NCBI GenBank assembly: GCA_002269645.1
Contig: NIVC01001461.1
Span: 1-64,000, forward strand
Direction: 5' to 3'
Length of the DNA: 64,000 nucleotides
Origin: Macrostomum lignano
Lineage: Eukaryota
The notes beneath the pieces are model-generated. The model was not told the origin of the DNA, did no database searches, and saw only the letters and a list, made by a program, of their open reading frames with translations. The position numbers and the translations under genes were made by a program. Shown piece by piece: positions 62,047 through 64,000 of this stretch (position 1 is its first letter; every line of letters starts with the position of its first letter).

Positions 62047-63545
62047 TCTACAGACGGCCTGCTGGACTACGAGAGCGCGCTGTTCCTGGACCTCTTTCAC
62101 CAGGACGGCTTAGCGGTCCTCGGCGCCGGCCTCTGCCCGCACCGGCTGGCCGCCCAGCTCATCCGCCTCTACTCCGACCCGGCCCACCTGGTGCTGGTGG
62201 TCAACGCGAGGCCCGACGAGGCCGCGTTTTACGCCGAGTACGTCGAGCGCGCCTGCGTCGCTTCCGGCGCCCCGCCTGTCTCGCCGGCGCCTCGCGCCCT
62301 CACCTCTGAGCAGCCGCAGGCTGAGAGGCGCCGGCTCTACAACGAAGGCGGCGTGTTTTTTGCCTCGTCCGCCCAGATTCTCGTGGTCGACTTTTTGCGC
62401 TCGGTGGTGCCGGCCGATGCTGTGAGCGGCATCATCGTGATGCACGCTGATGAGGTGCTGGACCTGTGCCAGGTGAGCCTTGACTAAGTTCCTCCTTGAC
62501 CCGGGCCTTGACCCAGTTGGCCCAGGTCCTTAACCCATCTGATCAGGTCCTTGACCCATCTGATCAGGTCCTTGACCCATCTGCTCAGATCCTTGACCCA
62601 TCTGATCAGGTCCTTGACCCATCTGATCAGGTCCTTGACCCATCTGATCAGGTCCTTGACCCATCTGATCAGGTTATTGATCCATCTGATCAGATCCTTG
62701 ACCCATCTGATCAGATCCTTGACCCATCTGATCAGGTTATTGACCCATCTGATCAGATCCTTGACCCATCTGATCAGGTTATTGACCCATCTGATCAGGT
62801 CCTTGACCCATCTGATCAAGTTATTGATCCATCTGATCAGGTTATTGACCCATCTGATCAGGTCCTTGACCCATCTGATCAGGTTATTGATCCATCTGAT
62901 CAGGTCCTTGACCCATCTGATCAGGTCCTTAACCCATCTACTGATCAGGTCCTTAACCCATCTGATCAGGTCCTTGACCCATCTGATCAGATCCTTGACC
63001 CATCTGATCAGGTCCTTGACCCATCTGATCAGGTCCTTGACCCATCTGATCAGGTTATTGACCCATCTGATCAGGTCCTTGACCCATCTGGTCAGGTCAT
63101 TAACCCATCTAATCAGGTCATTGACCCATCTGATCAGATCATTGACCCAGATTCTTGACTCATCTGACCCACTGTTCCTTGACCCAGCCATCTGACCAGG
63201 TCCTCCTTGACCCGGCTGACCCAGACACATTGTGTGGTGCGTTTTCTATCTCCAGAGGATTCTCAATTTTCAATCCAAATTTCCCCAGGAGGCCTTCGTT
63301 CTCCGTCTGTACCGGGAGGCGAACCCCACCGGCTTCATCAAGGCCATCACTGACCGGGCCCAGGGCCTCACCCGGGGCGGCTTCGGCATCGAGAGAATCC
63401 TGCGCACCCTGTTCGTGCCAGGCCTGTTCCTGCTGCCCCGGTTCCATGAGAGCGTGGCCGCCTGCATGGACGCCTGCCCGCCACAGGTGACAGACAGACA
63501 GACAGACAGACGGACAGTAGACAGACAGACAGACAGACGGACAGC

Positions 63546-63610
<65 letters not shown>

Positions 63611-63673
63611 CTAAGACAGACAGACAGACAGACAGACAGACACTAAGACAGACAGACAGACAGACAGACACTA

Positions 63674-63710
<37 letters not shown>

Positions 63711-63713
63711 CTA

Positions 63714-63781
<68 letters not shown>

Positions 63782-64000
63782 TGGACAGACAGAACTTAAG
63801 AGGTCCAGCTAGAAGAAGGGGAAAATTAAATAAAATTAAATAAATTAACACGCACAAAAACACATAAAAGACGCCTGAGAAAGACACTCAGACAAACTGT
63901 CGTCTCGATCTTCACAGGTGGAGGAGGTTCGCGTCAACCTGACGGAGCCGATGCTGCGCTGCCAGTCGGCCCTGGTGGACCTGCTGAAGGCCTGCATGCA
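62047..64000 (+). CDS. ERCC4: DNA repair endonuclease XPF, 5' part (runs off the window; no genomic ATG seen)
   Basis: Exons 62047-62472, 63289-63486, 63918->64000, all phase 0. Motifs LLDYESALFLDLFHQDGL, LVLVVNA, ERRRLYNEGGVFFASSAQILVVDFL, Q|EAFVLRLYR..N.TGFIKAITD, LPRFHESV, VEEVRVNLT.PM..CQSALVDLLKAC. Confidence 0.93.
62490..63220. repeat. 21-bp minisatellite, XPF intron 1
   Basis: Unit CCTTGACCCATCTGATCAGGT. Confidence 0.95.
63490..63790. repeat. (CAGA)n microsatellite, XPF intron 2
   Basis: Begins directly after the GT donor. Confidence 0.95.

Overview
Eukaryotic (metazoan) genomic DNA with GT-AG introns and the standard code. The GC-rich exons, Gln/Ala-rich insertions and minisatellite-filled introns suggest a Macrostomum-like flatworm; this is an inference, not a search result. 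Right 40 kb: six conserved housekeeping genes, all on the + strand: MED12 (11 exons), PRIM1 (2), WDR36/UTP21 (6), BORCS5 (2), EEFSEC (5) and the 5' part of ERCC4/XPF (3 exons visible). All exon phases were checked by hand. 22 of the 23 introns contain a tandem array, usually with its own unit. Left 24 kb: no recognisable gene, but several non-autonomous mobile elements: a tRNA-headed SINE, a TRIM-like LTR element with apparently identical LTRs, a 4.4-kb foldback-like element bracketed by inverted GATA/TATC microsatellites, and MITEs. Best leads: (1) an operon-like array in which XPF has no usable genomic ATG and could be initiated by the 3'-terminal AUG of a flatworm spliced leader; (2) a diverged copy of MED12 intron 1/exon 2 with only 2 units of a minisatellite that has ~47 units in the gene; (3) an apparent one-base frameshift in MED12 exon 10; (4) the microsatellite-capped foldback element. 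Most long ORFs in the supplied track are repeat-translation artefacts.
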